A stretch of 64,000 nucleotides of DNA from an uncultured Spirochaetota bacterium. GTDB lineage: Bacteria; Spirochaetota; Spirochaetia; SZUA-6; Fen-1364. Both the position numbers and the translations under genes were made by a program. The notes below the pieces were generated by a model that saw only the letters and a program-made list of their open reading frames with translations, searched no databases and had not been told where the DNA came from. Location of the stretch: positions 1 to 64,000 of the forward strand of contig CAWGAA010000002.1 of assembly GCA_963820525.1 (NCBI GenBank), written 5' to 3'. Below are positions 21,849 through 33,404 of the stretch, one piece after another (position 1 is the stretch's first letter; every line of letters starts with the position of its first letter).

Positions 21849-23144
21849 TTACCTCGCGAGTGTTCCGAATGGAATGTCCAATGCGTCTTCCAAATCAAGT
21901 ATCGCGGACATGAGCGTGTAGGCCTCGCTCAATACATTGTTCTTTGCCTCGTCCAGCGTGGACGCCGCGCTGGTAACGTCGCTTAACGCTTTGTAGCCCT
22001 TCTGATATGCCTCATAGGTGAGATCGTAGGTTTTCTGCGCGAGGGCCGCGTTGCCATCCAATGCCGCAAGCGATGAGATTGCCGTCTGGATGCTGCGCAG
22101 ACCGGACCGCGCGGCGATGCCGGCCGAAATTTTGGTTTCGCTGTGCTGGTTCTTCAGCTTTCTGATCAAATCATCATATTCAGCGATCGCGGTCTTCGCG
22201 GAAGATCCGGGGATGAACGTATCCAACGGAAGACTGAAGCCCACGGTCAACGCGCCGATATCCGTGTATGACCCGCCCGAGAACCACCGGAAATACTCCG
22301 GCGTGGTATAGAGATCCACCGTAAGTAATGGAAGAAAGCTGTCCTTCTCCTTCGCCTTTTTCGAGGACTCGACGATTTGGATAGATTTCTCCAGGGAAAG
22401 GACCATGAGGGTTTCTCTTCCCTCGGCTTCCTTCACCGCGGTTTTTGCGGGATCCGGTTTGACCGATTTCGCGGTTTCCCCAAGGTCGCCGGAAAGCGCA
22501 ACGGACTCGCTGATATCGATGCCCAGAAGGAGCTTGAACGAGTCCATGATGTTCGCCCGCGAAGTTTGTGCGCTTTCCAGCTTCGGGGTGAGCTTTTCGC
22601 GCGACACCCGTGCGGAGAACAGATCGATATCCGGCACGAGGCCCGCCTTGTATTTCTGTTCCGTCTGCTCGAGGTTTTTCTGCTCTCTCTGGATGTTCTG
22701 CTCGGCAAGACGCACCGAATCGTCCGCGAGCAGCAGGCCGTAGTACGCCTTGCGCACCGAAAGCTCCAAAGCCCGCTCGGCCTGCGTGTACGTGATGATG
22801 CCGCTTTCGTAGTTCAGCCTGATCTTGTTCACGTTTTCCATGGCGGAGAGTGAAAAGGAAAGGCTCAATCCGAGAGAACCGTAGGCCGTCAGGGAGTTCG
22901 CGAAGCTCTCCATGGAGCTGTTGGCGCGAAGGGCCCCTGCTGAAACCGTGACGCTCGGCAGGCACGTGTTCCATGAATTATTGAAGGCCCTTTTAGATGT
23001 CTCGAGCGTCATCCGATCCCTTTGAAGGCTCAGATTCTGCTTGAGAGCCATGTCAACCGCCTGGTCGATAGTGAGCGCGGTTTGTGCCGAAGCGGTGGAT
23101 GCCGCTACGAGCGTTGCAAATAAAATCCACCAGAATTGTTTCAT
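21849..23144 (-). CDS. TolC family outer-membrane efflux protein
   Basis: Signal peptide from MKQFWW, LTIDQAVDMALKQN, VRKAYYGLL. Start moved to 23144 because the promoter lies inside the longer ORF. Confidence 0.88.
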   Translation of the reverse strand: MKQFWWILFATLVAASTASAQTALTIDQAVDMALKQNLSLQRDRMTLETSKRAFNNSWNTCLPSVTVSAGALRANSSMESFANSLTAYGSLGLSLSFSLSAMENVNKIRLNYESGIITYTQAERALELSVRKAYYGLLLADDSVRLAEQNIQREQKNLEQTEQKYKAGLVPDIDLFSARVSREKLTPKLESAQTSRANIMDSFKLLLGIDISESVALSGDLGETAKSVKPDPAKTAVKEAEGRETLMVLSLEKSIQIVESSKKAKEKDSFLPLLTVDLYTTPEYFRWFSGGSYTDIGALTVGFSLPLDTFIPGSSAKTAIAEYDDLIRKLKNQHSETKISAGIAARSGLRSIQTAISSLAALDGNAALAQKTYDLTYEAYQKGYKALSDVTSAASTLDEAKNNVLSEAYTLMSAILDLEDALDIPFGTLAR

Positions 23145-23201
23145 CTCAAGATATCTCCGCGACATCAAATTGTAGATAGCCTGAAACAGGCAATATGAAG
23201 T

Positions 23202-23217
23202 TGCAAATATTATGCCA
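23202..23217 (-). promoter_or_regulatory. sigma54 (-24/-12) promoter of the RND operon
   Basis: Minus strand TGGCAT-AATAT-TTGCA matches TGGCAY-N5-TTGC. Confidence 0.8.
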
Positions 23218-23287
23218 TGTTTGGAATTGAAGAATTCTGGGAAAATCCTGGTTTTTTTACAGTTATAATTCATCTCCGAATAGGAGA

Positions 23288-23332
23288 TGCGCATGAAATG
23301 CGCACTTTCCTTTCTCACTGCGCAAATCATTC
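23288..23332. promoter_or_regulatory. Putative enhancer-binding-protein site (UAS)
   Basis: TGCGCA-N5-TGCGCA followed by cactgcgcaaatcattc; the same arrangement occurs at 34843. Confidence 0.7.
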
Positions 23333-23504
23333 ACGCCCGTTTTTCATTCAAAAAGCAGTTAGTGAACAGGAATTATCCGGAGGCAAAGAGCGATGAAGGT
23401 CTTGCCCAAGCCGCCAAAACAGTGCCTGGCTTGAACTTAGTGTGCCGGATCCTATATTCGTATTTCCTTAAATCACCGGGTGCCTTTATATTTCTACTAT
23501 GAAG

Positions 23505-23632
23505 ATTGGCTTTTAGGACAAGGGCGCCCTGATCATCCTGACGCATGGCTTTATGAAAAGAGCCAAAAGACGCCCGATCAAGAGATCCGAAAGGCTCTAG
23601 AATACAGAGCCGATTGGGAGGGGAGATCGTAA
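23505..23632 (+). pseudogene. C-terminal remnant of a RelE/HigB (Gp49-like) toxin
   Basis: LIILTHGFMK then SQKTPDQEIRKA across a frameshift, abutting the antitoxin start. Confidence 0.65.
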
Positions 23633-23908
23633 ATGAGCGATGTCGATCGCATGATTGAGAAGCACGCGAAGCGCTCGCCGGGATTTGAAGCGAAAGTCAA
23701 TGCCGAGCTCGCCGAATTGCGCATAGGCCTTATCGTGAAGGAGCTCAGGCGGAAGAAGAAGCTGACACAGGAAGAGCTGGCAAGGCGTATCAAGACGACG
23801 AAGTCGGCAATCTCTCGGCTCGAGAACAGCTCGGGGGGAGCACGACTCGACACTCTTGGCAAGGTGGCACAGGCTCTTGGGAAGGAGTTAGTGATAAAGT
23901 TTCGGTGA
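23633..23908 (+). CDS. XRE-family HTH antitoxin (HigA-like)
   Basis: LRRKKKLTQEELARRIKTTKSAISRLEN..LDTLGKVAQALG. Confidence 0.88.
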   Translation: MSDVDRMIEKHAKRSPGFEAKVNAELAELRIGLIVKELRRKKKLTQEELARRIKTTKSAISRLENSSGGARLDTLGKVAQALGKELVIKFR

Positions 23909-24124
23909 CACCCGCGCTTCACCTGGCCCGGCCCGTCGATGCGCGCCGATCCCAGCAGGCCTTCCGGGAATCGGTACCCCTTCAACCAAGTGCTTGTGCC
24001 TGATAGCATGAGCTGATCCAACCCGGGCATACTTCCCTCCCGCTGTCTCGATTCTGCAACTCAAGACTACAGGATTTTACTGCCCGGGGTGGGTCAATTC
24101 CTGAGCGGCGTAAATACCTTCCAA

Positions 24125-24993
24125 GCGCCTCGGGCGGTTCCGGCTCGAGCGGATCAGCTCGGCCGTAGAGCGGTTCCTGGAATGCGGGGACTACACGAAG
24201 GGCATTGCGAGGATCCAGTGCACCAATCCCGAATGCAAAGCAGACTACTTCCGCCCCTTCAGCTGCAAAGTGTTCTACCTCTGCCCCTCCTCACAAAAGC
24301 GCACCCTGCTGTTCGGGGAGTACATGAACGAGCACCTCTCAAAGCTGTTCCCCGCGACAGAGTTCCTTGTCGAGGTCCTGCAGCACCTTCCTGACGCCGG
24401 CACCCGCCTGATTCGTCGCTATGGGCTGTATTCCTCGCGCTCCCGTGGCACATGGTCCCGCAAGCCCCACCTTGCCCGCCTGGCTCCCGAGGGGTGGCAG
24501 AAGGACCACCAGGGGCAGCCTGCTCTGCGCCTCGGCACAGCCTCCCAGGACACCATGGATCAGTCCGTGTCGGCCAAGGAAGCCCGCTCCGCCTGGGCAC
24601 GGCTGCTCGCAAAGGTCTACGAGGTCGATCCCTTGCGCTGTACCCGCTGCGGTTCCCAGATGCGGGTCCTCGCCGTCATTACCGATCCCCAGCAGGTCCT
24701 CAGGATCCTCCGCCACCTTATCAAGACCGGCGCGGCCCCCCCGGGACTCGACGCCGCTTCCCTGAGGTTGACTCTCCTCCCCCCGTTCCCACACGCGCCG
24801 AGATTCTTGCCCTCGCACGAGCCGTGCAACCCTCGTGTGGACTGCGATCGCTTTCTCCACCCCTCTGCGCCAGCACGAGGCATCTCCTCAGCCCTTCCCG
24901 CACAGTCAGTTGCGCTCTCCCAGCTGCTCTCCGGGCCGAACTCCAGCCTGGACTCCTGCGAAGCACCCGTCAGGCCCTATAATTGTTACTACC
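24125..24993 (+). mobile_element. IS91-like family B, left-truncated and internally deleted
   Basis: Homologous to family A (FLECGDYTKGIARIQC..QKRTLLFGEYMNE fused directly to KLFPATEFL..AWARLLAKVYEVDPL). The HUH and Tyr region is deleted. Ends tataattgttactacc|ATT. Confidence 0.85.
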
Positions 24994-26463
24994 ATTTGTT
25001 ATTGCCGTCGTGCTGGGCCTGCCGCTGGGAATCGCGGCGAGCCGCGGATTGGCCGGCGTGGTGGCCTAGCTCCTGAACTTCACGATTTACAGCCAGGCCC
25101 CCCCGCCTGGGTGTACATCGTGCTCGCGCTGATGGGGATTGCGGTTCCGCTCCTTGTCGCGCTGGGACCGATCCAACACACGACGCGGGCGACGGTTCGT
25201 GAGATCCTGAGCGATTACGGCACAAGCCGCGAGACGTTCGGCTCACGCGGCCTTGGCAGCAGGCTCGGCAGGATCAGGGGAGTCGATGCAACCCTGATCC
25301 TCGCGCTCCGCAACACGTTCCGGCGCCGAGGCCGTCTGATCCTGACGCTCGGGCTTCTGGCCGCGGCGGGCGGAATGTTCATGACGGGCATCAACGTCAA
25401 AGCCGGCTGGGAACGCTTTCTCGCGGACGGCGTAGCGAGCCGCCACTACGATCTCGAAATCCGCCTGAACAACCCGCGATCGACGGAGGAGCTCGTTTCA
25501 ACGGTTGCCGCTATACCCGGAGTCACGCACGTCGAACCCTGGAACCTGACGCCCATAGCAGTGTATCGCCCCGATGGGCTTGATATCGTCCGCACGTATC
25601 CAGATGGGGGTCACGGCAGCTTCATGCTCCGTTCGGCTCCTCCGGAGAGCACGATTCTCGAGTCTCCGATTCTAAGCGGGCGCTGGCTCCAGGCCGGCGA
25701 TACGGATGGCATTGCACTGAACCAGCTTGCGGCCGTCTTTTACCCCAATGTCAAAGTGGGGGATGTCATCCGCCTGATGGTCAATGGGCGTACCGCCTCT
25801 TTCCGCGTAGTCGGGCTGGTGCGGCAGATCATGACACCTGCGATGGCCTACGTCACTCCCGCCACGTTTGCATCTGCGGCAGGAATCCCCCTTTAGGCCG
25901 TCAATGCCGTGCTCATCGTCATGAAGGAGCATGACGCGGAATCCATCAACACATTGACGGGAGAAATCGGCCGCGCGCTGGAAGCGAAGAACATACGCGT
26001 GAAGGTCTTCATTCCGAAAACCATCCTGGAAGGCGCAAGCGATGCGCACGTGTATATCTTCATCTACTCGCTTATCGTCATGGCGATAGTGATGGCGGCG
26101 GTCGGCGCGCTGGGACTCATGTCCAGCATGGGAACGAGCGTGATAGAGCGAACGCGCGAATTCGGCGTCATGCGCGCCATCTGGGCCAGGTCGCACACCG
26201 TCTTGAGAAATGTCATCAGCGAAGGGCTGTTCATCGGCCTGATGAGCTGGTTCATTGCCGTGGCTTTTTCAATCCCGCCCTCCCTGGTGGTTGACAATCT
26301 CATCGGGGGCATGTTTTCCCGGGTTCCATTGACCTTGATTGTATCTCCCACGGCCCTTGTGATCTGGCTCCTGGTGATCGTGTTCGGCTCGATCGTGGCC
26401 AGCGCCTATCCGGCCTGGCAGGCATCCCATTTGACCGTTCGGGAAACGCTCTCATACGTCTAG
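24994..26463 (+). pseudogene. FtsX/MacB-like ABC permease, 5'-truncated, in-frame TAG at 25894-25896
   Basis: LALRNTFRRRGRLILTL and SVIERTREFGVMRAI; ORFs 24835..25896 and 25909..26463 share a frame. Confidence 0.85.
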
Positions 26464-27439
26464 CAAGGAGATCCTTATGAAGACCAAAAGGAAAGCGATT
26501 GTGCATGTCACGATCATCGTTGTCGTCGTCGGCCTGATCGCGATCGCCATCCTGCTTGCAAACCGGAGCTTTGACTTTGTAGGCTTCCTGAAAAAACTTC
26601 ATGGAGGTTGAGCGAAATGCAGAAGGAGCGGAAAATGGTACGAAAAGCCATAGGAATCATCCTTATGATTGCGGCGGGCGTATTAGCCATCATGCTGCTT
26701 ACCTACGGCGGACCAATCATGCCGCATATTCTGGGTCCAATTGCCCTGGCGATAGCAGGAGTCCTCTTTTTGGCAATTAGAAAAAAGCTGACCGTCCCGC
26801 CAAATCGGGCCCGTTGCGGTTTTTCTTTCCCTCGTCGGTCAAATTATCTACCTCCGACGAGAAAACCGATCATGAGATCAACACAGGCCGATCACACACG
26901 GAACTCATCGGGCAATTCTTCTCAGGGAATTTTCATGCCACAGTAATTCGTCACGAACCAGATGGAGTCGAACTCTTACCGCGGTTTTCGGTCGAGGATC
27001 CGGTACGGGACGAGGCGGACCTCCGCACAGGCATCGCCGCGGAAGTGGCGACGCCGCCGGCGGGTGCCTACTGACCGGAACTTGCCGACTCGAGCTGGAC
27101 CGTTCCGCTCAGGTAGTTAAGTCGACCCACGAGCCTCGGCGGATCGGCCAACGCGTGAGATCCGATGACCAGGCCGGCCAAAAGAACGAATGAAGAAACC
27201 CATTTCATGTACATGCACCCCGGCGAAGCCCATGGGACGCGTAGAGAAAAACCTTGAAAACCGCGACTTTATGGGATGATAGTGATAAAAACTCCGTGCG
27301 AGCGGTTTTAAGCCTTGCTCAATTATGATATACCGCCGTCTCTTCCATATGTAATACCATATCGGCATAAGGGGAGAGAAAAAGAGAAACACGTATCCGG
27401 AACCCAGGGGCAGGTTATTTGCACTGATGCTTCGCGGGT

Positions 27440-28810
27440 TCAGCTCAATCCGTAGCGCTTGATCTTGTTGAGGATGGTCCTCCGGCTGATCCCAAGCTCT
27501 TCGGCGGCTTTTGTCCGGTTGCCGTTCCACTTGGCCAGCGCCTGCGCGATGGCCTCGCGCTCCAGCTCCGGGATTGATTTCGGCGGACCGGGTTCAGCGG
27601 ACTTGACGGTGCCGGGCACGCCGGACCGCACGGCCTCTCCGCGGGCGATTCGGGGCCGCGCGCGGTCGAGGTCGAGATCGGCCGCCAGGATCGTCTCTTC
27701 CTCGCAGGCGATCATCGCGCGCTCGAGAATATTTTCCAGCTCCCGGATATTGCCGGGGAAAGGATAGCTCATGAGCGCTTCCAGCGCCTCGGGGGAGAGC
27801 CGCTTTGCCCGCTTTCCCATTCGCCGGCGCAGCTTCTCGAGAAGGTGTCCGGCAAGAAGGGGAATGTCCTCCCTGCGCTCCCTCAGGGGAGGGACCGCGA
27901 TGCGGACAACGTTCAGCCTGTAGTAGAGATCCTCGCGGAACCGGCCTTCCCGCACGAGCTCCTCGATATTGCGGTTCGTGGCCGAGAGAATACGGGCTTC
28001 TATGGGGATGTCGCGGGTGCCCCCGAGCCTTCGCGTCTTGCGCTCCTGGAGAACCCTGAGGAGCTTTACCTGCAGAGACGGCGGCATCTCCCCGATCTCG
28101 TCAAGGAACAGGGATCCCGCGCCCGCAAGCTCGAACAGTCCGGTGGTGCGGCTGTCCGCGCCCGTAAAGGCTCCCTTCTCGTGGCCGAAGAGCTCGCTCT
28201 CCACGAGGTTCTCATGGATGCCTCCGATGTTCACGGCCACGAACGGCTCGCTTGAGTGCGGAGACAGAGCGTGGATCTCGCGGGCCACCACCTCCTTGCC
28301 CGTCCCGCTCTCCCCGGTGATAAGGACGGTAGCGTCTCCCGAGGCGACCTTCTCGATCAGCAGCCGCAACGATCGTATGGCCGCGCTCTCCCCGACAAGC
28401 CGGGCGCCGCTCTCCGCGGTGCGGGAGCCCGCCTCGATCAGGTCCTGCCTCTTACGGCCGGCCACGAGCGCGCGCAGCTTGAGGATGAGCTCGGCGGGAT
28501 CGAAGGGCTTGATGAGGTAGTCGTCGGCCCCGGATTTGAGAGCCTTCACCGCGTCGTTGATATCGCCGAGGGCGGAGATCATGATGACCGGCATGCGCAG
28601 GCCCTCGGAGCGGATCTGCTCCAAAAGCTGCTGCCCGTCCATGATGGGCATCTTCAGATCGAGAACCACGGCGTCGAACGCCTCTTCGGCCAGGCGCGCC
28701 GCCGCCTCCCGTCCGTCGGCGGCCATGGCCGATTCGATGCCCTCCAGCTCCAAAAGCCGGCAGATCGATTCGCGGATGTTCCTCTCGTCGTCGACGGCGA
28801 GCACTCTCAT
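27440..28810 (-). CDS. sigma54-dependent response regulator (NtrC/AtoC/ZraR family)
   Basis: Receiver (VDDE, LDLKMP), GESGTGKE, GAFTGA, FREDLYYRL, C-terminal Fis HTH. Confidence 0.95.
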   Translation of the reverse strand: MRVLAVDDERNIRESICRLLELEGIESAMAADGREAAARLAEEAFDAVVLDLKMPIMDGQQLLEQIRSEGLRMPVIMISALGDINDAVKALKSGADDYLIKPFDPAELILKLRALVAGRKRQDLIEAGSRTAESGARLVGESAAIRSLRLLIEKVASGDATVLITGESGTGKEVVAREIHALSPHSSEPFVAVNIGGIHENLVESELFGHEKGAFTGADSRTTGLFELAGAGSLFLDEIGEMPPSLQVKLLRVLQERKTRRLGGTRDIPIEARILSATNRNIEELVREGRFREDLYYRLNVVRIAVPPLRERREDIPLLAGHLLEKLRRRMGKRAKRLSPEALEALMSYPFPGNIRELENILERAMIACEEETILAADLDLDRARPRIARGEAVRSGVPGTVKSAEPGPPKSIPELEREAIAQALAKWNGNRTKAAEELGISRRTILNKIKRYGLS

Positions 28811-30087
28811 GCGGCGGCCTCGGGAAGTACGACGCGCGCCCTGATGCCCCCGTTCCGGCGGTCCTCGAGCGTAATGGCGCCCCGCGCGGCCAGGACAAAA
28901 CGGCGGCAGATGGCCAGGCCGATGCCCGATCCCCTGCTCTTAGTGGTGAAGAAGGGATCGAATACCCGTTCCCTTTCACCGGGTTGAAGCCCTTTGCCGC
29001 GGTCCAGCACGTCGATGCGCACAGCGCCGTCGGCTTTCGCGATCTCGATGGTAACGTCCTCCTCCCGCCCACCGCTCTCCAACGCGTTGCGGAGGAGGTT
29101 CTCGAGGATCGAGCGCAGGCGCTCGGGATCGATGTTCACCGCGAAGTCGTTCCCCGAAAGGCTTTTTACGATGGAGCGCCCGCACAAGCGTTCGCCGACC
29201 GCGCAGGCGACCTCGACGGGATCGATCCGCGAAGGGATTCCCGCGGGATCGCGCAGGAAATCGTTCACGCGATGGCTGAGTATGGAGAGCCTCTCCACCT
29301 CCGAGTCGATGATCTGGAGCTCTCGACGCGCCTCGCCGGGCAAGGTCTTGGCGAGGATGCTTGTCTGCAGCCGGATGGCGAGGAGGGGGTTCTTTATCTC
29401 GTGGGCAAGCGTGCTCGCGGCCGTTCCCAGCGTGACGAGATTTTTCTGCTGTTCTATCCGCTCCCTGTATTCGCCGTTCTTGATCACGAGGAGCCTGATA
29501 AAAACCACAAGGGCGGCGAGGATGATCTCCACCGCCGGGAAGAGGAACGCCTGGAGACGAATCTGACGCCAGAACTGCGGTTGACGGATCTCCAGGTAGA
29601 TCACGTCGGCCTTGCGCATTGTGTCGAACAGGAAGGACTGATCGCGGCGTGTAGCGCTGCCCTTCTTTTCGGGGGGCGGTGGAGGCGGCCCGTCCCTCGA
29701 CGGCCGCAGGAGGAGCACGAGGGAATTGTTCTTCGCGCTTTCCAAATACATTCTGGCCATGTCGTACTTGACGTCCGCTTCGACAAAAGCGGGCGGCACA
29801 TACGAGTCCGGAACCGCGCCCCAGCGGTACAGCAATCCGCCCCCCTCGCCATACAGTCCGACGCCGAGGATCTGCCGTTTCAGGCTCTGCGTCGCTTCGA
29901 TGGCAGAGCCGAAGTCGTCGTAGAGACGGAGGCTCGCGAACAGGATGTTGAAGATCCGCTCGCAGTCATTGCGGCTTTCCAGGCGATTGCGCTCGGTTAT
30001 GCCGCGAAAGATGACGACGTTCACCGCAGACAAGGCCGCGAAGCACACCAGCGTAATGCCGATCGACAGGAAGCGTGTTCTCTTCAT
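28807..30087 (-). CDS. Sensor histidine kinase
   Basis: Two TM helices, LAHEIKNPL, NLLRNALE, DRGKG, FDPFFTTK, GIGLAI. Confidence 0.95.
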   Translation of the reverse strand: MKRTRFLSIGITLVCFAALSAVNVVIFRGITERNRLESRNDCERIFNILFASLRLYDDFGSAIEATQSLKRQILGVGLYGEGGGLLYRWGAVPDSYVPPAFVEADVKYDMARMYLESAKNNSLVLLLRPSRDGPPPPPPEKKGSATRRDQSFLFDTMRKADVIYLEIRQPQFWRQIRLQAFLFPAVEIILAALVVFIRLLVIKNGEYRERIEQQKNLVTLGTAASTLAHEIKNPLLAIRLQTSILAKTLPGEARRELQIIDSEVERLSILSHRVNDFLRDPAGIPSRIDPVEVACAVGERLCGRSIVKSLSGNDFAVNIDPERLRSILENLLRNALESGGREEDVTIEIAKADGAVRIDVLDRGKGLQPGERERVFDPFFTTKSRGSGIGLAICRRFVLAARGAITLEDRRNGGIRARVVLPEAAA

Positions 30088-30111
30088 GGCGAACCATTGC
30101 CGTCCATCATA

Positions 30112-31434
30112 TCACGGGACGAGCGATGTGAGCAGGTTCTCGCTTTCGAGGCCGGCGAGCGTCCGCAGGCTCGAGAGATTCGAGAGGAACGAGTAGCGCG
30201 CCGAGATGAGCGCCGTGCGGTTCGTGCTCACCAGGGCCTCGGCGTCCGAGAGATCCGAGGAGGAAGCCGAAGAGAGCCTGTAGCGCTCGAGAACGCCCTG
30301 GTAGTAGCTTTCCGCGTACTCCAGGGCTTTTTTCGATGAGAACGACGACCGCGCCGAGGATATGCAGTCGTAGACGGCGCCCTGGATCTCGAGCGCAAGG
30401 GTCCGCTGCGATTCGTCGCCGTCGAGTTCGGCCTGTCTCGCGGCGATTTCCTTGGCTTCGACGCCCGCCTTCGTGGCCCAGAAATCCAGAGGAATCGACA
30501 CACTGACGGACAGGGAACCGTTTCCCGCGTCCAGCCCCTGAGCGGAGCCGACGCTCAGAGCGTGGGAAAAACTGGCGCTGAGGCTCGGGAAATAGTCCGC
30601 CGCGGCCAGATTCACGGCCTTCTTCGCTTTCTGGCCGGCGAGCGCCGCCTGGGACAGGGTGGGATTGTTCGCCGTCGCGGCCTTCAGCGCCCCCGCGATG
30701 AATGTCTGGGTGTTTTCGCCGCTCAAGCCCGCAAGCCTCTGCATGAGCTGTTCGCGGCTGGCAAAATCCACGCTCGCGACTGCCAGCGGCGTCGGGAGGA
30801 CCGTGAGCGAGGCCAGCGTCGCCTCGGCAACCGAGAGCTTTCCCTGCGCCTGGATGAGCGCCGTCTCCTTCGCCGCCGCGGATGATTCCGTCTCCAAGTA
30901 CGCGAACCGCGTGATCATGTTCGCCTCGAGCTTCGCCTCCGCGAGGCGAAGGTGGGTCCGGGCGGCCTCCACGTCGCTCGTGGCGGCTTCGACCGAGGAC
31001 TGCGCCTCCAGCAATCCGTAGAATGCGCTGTCGACCTTTTCCAGAACGCCGAAGTACTCCGTGCGCGCTTCCTCCCGCGCGATCGAGGTCATCATTGCGT
31101 CGATGGCGGAGAGAAGGGATGACTTGCCTCCGTCGTAGAGGGTCTGTGTCACGCTGACGCCGGCCGTCCCCTGCAGGGCATCGACGAGAGACGAACCGGG
31201 GTAGGAGAGGCCGACTCCCACGTTCGCCGATATGGAGGGAAGAAAGTCGTACCACTGGGTCTTTTCCGTGAGCAGGGCCGAATCAACGGAGAGCAGCGCC
31301 TTGCGGAGGGTCTTGGAGTGCGCGAGTGCATTCGCCCGCGCCTGCTCGAGGGTGAGCGGCTCTTGTGCACATAACGACGTCGCGGAGAGGAGGGCTGTCA
31401 GGATGATCGTCGGAAGAAGGATTTTCAGTTTCAT
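30112..31434 (-). CDS. TolC family protein
   Basis: Signal peptide MKLKILL.., LTLEQARANALAHS, QTLYDGGK. Confidence 0.88.
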   Translation of the reverse strand: MKLKILLPTIILTALLSATSLCAQEPLTLEQARANALAHSKTLRKALLSVDSALLTEKTQWYDFLPSISANVGVGLSYPGSSLVDALQGTAGVSVTQTLYDGGKSSLLSAIDAMMTSIAREEARTEYFGVLEKVDSAFYGLLEAQSSVEAATSDVEAARTHLRLAEAKLEANMITRFAYLETESSAAAKETALIQAQGKLSVAEATLASLTVLPTPLAVASVDFASREQLMQRLAGLSGENTQTFIAGALKAATANNPTLSQAALAGQKAKKAVNLAAADYFPSLSASFSHALSVGSAQGLDAGNGSLSVSVSIPLDFWATKAGVEAKEIAARQAELDGDESQRTLALEIQGAVYDCISSARSSFSSKKALEYAESYYQGVLERYRLSSASSSDLSDAEALVSTNRTALISARYSFLSNLSSLRTLAGLESENLLTSLVP

Positions 31435-31444
31435 CGTGTCCTCG

Positions 31445-32638
31445 TCATTCGTATCGAAGGGCATCGATCGGATACAGGTTGGCCGCCTTCTGCGCGGGGT
31501 AGTAGCCGAAGAAGACGCCCACTGCGGCGGCGAATCCGGCGGATTCGAAAATGATGCCGGGCTTGACGATCGCGGGCACGTTCGCGACGGACTGGAGAAG
31601 CGCTGCCACGGAAATCGCGAGGGCGATACCGATGAGACCGCCCAGCAGGCTCAGGATGACCGATTCGGAGAGGAACTGCAGGAGGATGTCCTTCTTGCGC
31701 GCGCCCACCGACATGCGGATGCCGATCTCCCGGGTCCTCTCGGTCACGGAGACCAGCATGATGTTCATGATCCCGATGCCCCCGACCAGGAGCGAAACGC
31801 CTGCAATCGCGGCGAGGAGCGTGGTGAGGGTCTTCGATGTCTGGGAGGCGGTCTTGATGATCTCCGATTGGTTCATGACGTCGAAATCCGCGGTGTCGCT
31901 CTCCGACAGGCGGTGGGAGTCGCGCAGGATCTGCTCGACCTCTTTCTGCGCGACAGTCATGAGGTCCTGCCGACGGGCGCTCATCTCGATTGCCCCGAGG
32001 AACCGGTCCTTCTGCAGCCGGGTGACCGCCGTATCGAGAGGGACCATCACGACATCGTCCTGGTCCTCGCCCATCCCCGTGCTGCCCTTGTCCGCCAGGA
32101 CGCCGATGATCGTGAACGGAGTTGTCTGGATGCGGATGCGCTCCCCGATCGGACTCGCGTCGCCGAACAGCTTCTTGGCAACCGTGAGGCCGACCACCGC
32201 CACCTTGCTCCGCGCGGTGAGGTCCTTCCCGGTGAAGAACTCCCCGCTCTTCACGCCCCATTGCTTGATCGTGAGGTAATCCGGTTCGACGCCCATCACG
32301 GTAGTGGACCAGTATCCCGATCCGCCGACCACCTTGAAGCTCTGGCGGACCTCTCCGGAAATCGCGGCGATGTAGCTGGTCTCCGCGCGGAGCTTCGCCA
32401 CGTCGGCGCGGGTGATCCTGTTTGCCCCACGCGGGCCGCGGGGCGGCATGACCATGATGAGGTTCGTCCCCATTGAGGCGATCTGTCGGGCGATCTGCAC
32501 CTGCGACCCTTCGCCCACGGCGATCATCACGATGACCGAGCCCACCCCGATAATGATCCCCAGCGAGGTGAGGAGGCTGCGGATTCGGTTCCTGAAGATG
32601 CTGCGCACCGAGTAAATGAGAAGCCTTTCAACTGTCAT
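31445..32638 (-). CDS. MacB-like ABC permease
   Basis: RSLLTSLGIIIGV, SLLVGGIGIMNIMLVSVTERTREIGIR, PIDALRYE. Confidence 0.95.
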   Translation of the reverse strand: MTVERLLIYSVRSIFRNRIRSLLTSLGIIIGVGSVIVMIAVGEGSQVQIARQIASMGTNLIMVMPPRGPRGANRITRADVAKLRAETSYIAAISGEVRQSFKVVGGSGYWSTTVMGVEPDYLTIKQWGVKSGEFFTGKDLTARSKVAVVGLTVAKKLFGDASPIGERIRIQTTPFTIIGVLADKGSTGMGEDQDDVVMVPLDTAVTRLQKDRFLGAIEMSARRQDLMTVAQKEVEQILRDSHRLSESDTADFDVMNQSEIIKTASQTSKTLTTLLAAIAGVSLLVGGIGIMNIMLVSVTERTREIGIRMSVGARKKDILLQFLSESVILSLLGGLIGIALAISVAALLQSVANVPAIVKPGIIFESAGFAAAVGVFFGYYPAQKAANLYPIDALRYE

Positions 32639-33402
32639 GGGAGTGCTCCATTCGCGGCGGACAGGAGAACGTGCTTCTCCTTCCATACCGCAAGATCGTC
32701 CACGGCCCGCCTGTGCGCACGAACCGGTTCGTCCGACACCACCTCCCCGTCCCGCATGATGATGATCCGGTGCGTGTAGGCGGCCAAGTCCGGCTCGTGG
32801 GTGACCATGACTACGGTCTTTCCCCTCTGGTTCAGCTCCTGGAAGATGCTCATGATCTCCAGGGTCATCTCGGTATCGATGTTTCCGGTCGGCTCGTCCG
32901 CCAGGATGAAGGCGGGATCGTTGACGATCGCCCGGGCGATGGCAACCCGTTGCTGCTGTCCGCCGGAGAGCTGAGAAGGCATGTGGAACAGGCGGTCGTC
33001 AAGCCCCACCTCCTCCAGCGCCCTTCGGGCCTTTCGCGAGAGCTCCCTCCTGTTCGCGGAGCGGCCGTAGAAGAGAGGCATCTCGACGTTCTCCAGCGCC
33101 GTGGTCCGGGGGAGCAGGTTGAAGCCCTGGAATACGAAGCCGATCTTCTCGTTTCTGATGCGCGCGAACTCGTCGCTGCCCGCCTTGGAGGTCTCTCTGC
33201 CGTCCAGGAAATAGCTCCCCGCTGTCGGCTTGTCCAGGCAGCCGAGGATGTTCATCAGCGTCGACTTCCCCGAGCCCGAGGGCCCCATCACGGACACGAA
33301 CTCCCCGGTCTCCACGCTCAGGTCCAGCCCACGGATCGCCTTCACGGTTACCTCTCCGACGATGTAGTGGCGCTGTATCCCCCGCAATTCGATGATCGCC
33401 AT
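32635..33402 (-). CDS. ABC transporter ATP-binding protein (MacB/LolD type)
   Basis: GPSGSGKST, LSGGQQQRVAIARA, ILADEPTGN. Confidence 0.95.
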   Translation of the reverse strand: MAIIELRGIQRHYIVGEVTVKAIRGLDLSVETGEFVSVMGPSGSGKSTLMNILGCLDKPTAGSYFLDGRETSKAGSDEFARIRNEKIGFVFQGFNLLPRTTALENVEMPLFYGRSANRRELSRKARRALEEVGLDDRLFHMPSQLSGGQQQRVAIARAIVNDPAFILADEPTGNIDTEMTLEIMSIFQELNQRGKTVVMVTHEPDLAAYTHRIIIMRDGEVVSDEPVRAHRRAVDDLAVWKEKHVLLSAANGALP

Positions 33403-33404
33403 GC

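Noticed and set aside
16120..25896. Amber stop recoding (in-frame TAG at 16120 and 25894)
   Set aside because: TAG terminates ordinary genes here (for example 4604, 7939, 62311), and both interrupted genes sit in decayed cargo, so nonsense mutations are simpler.
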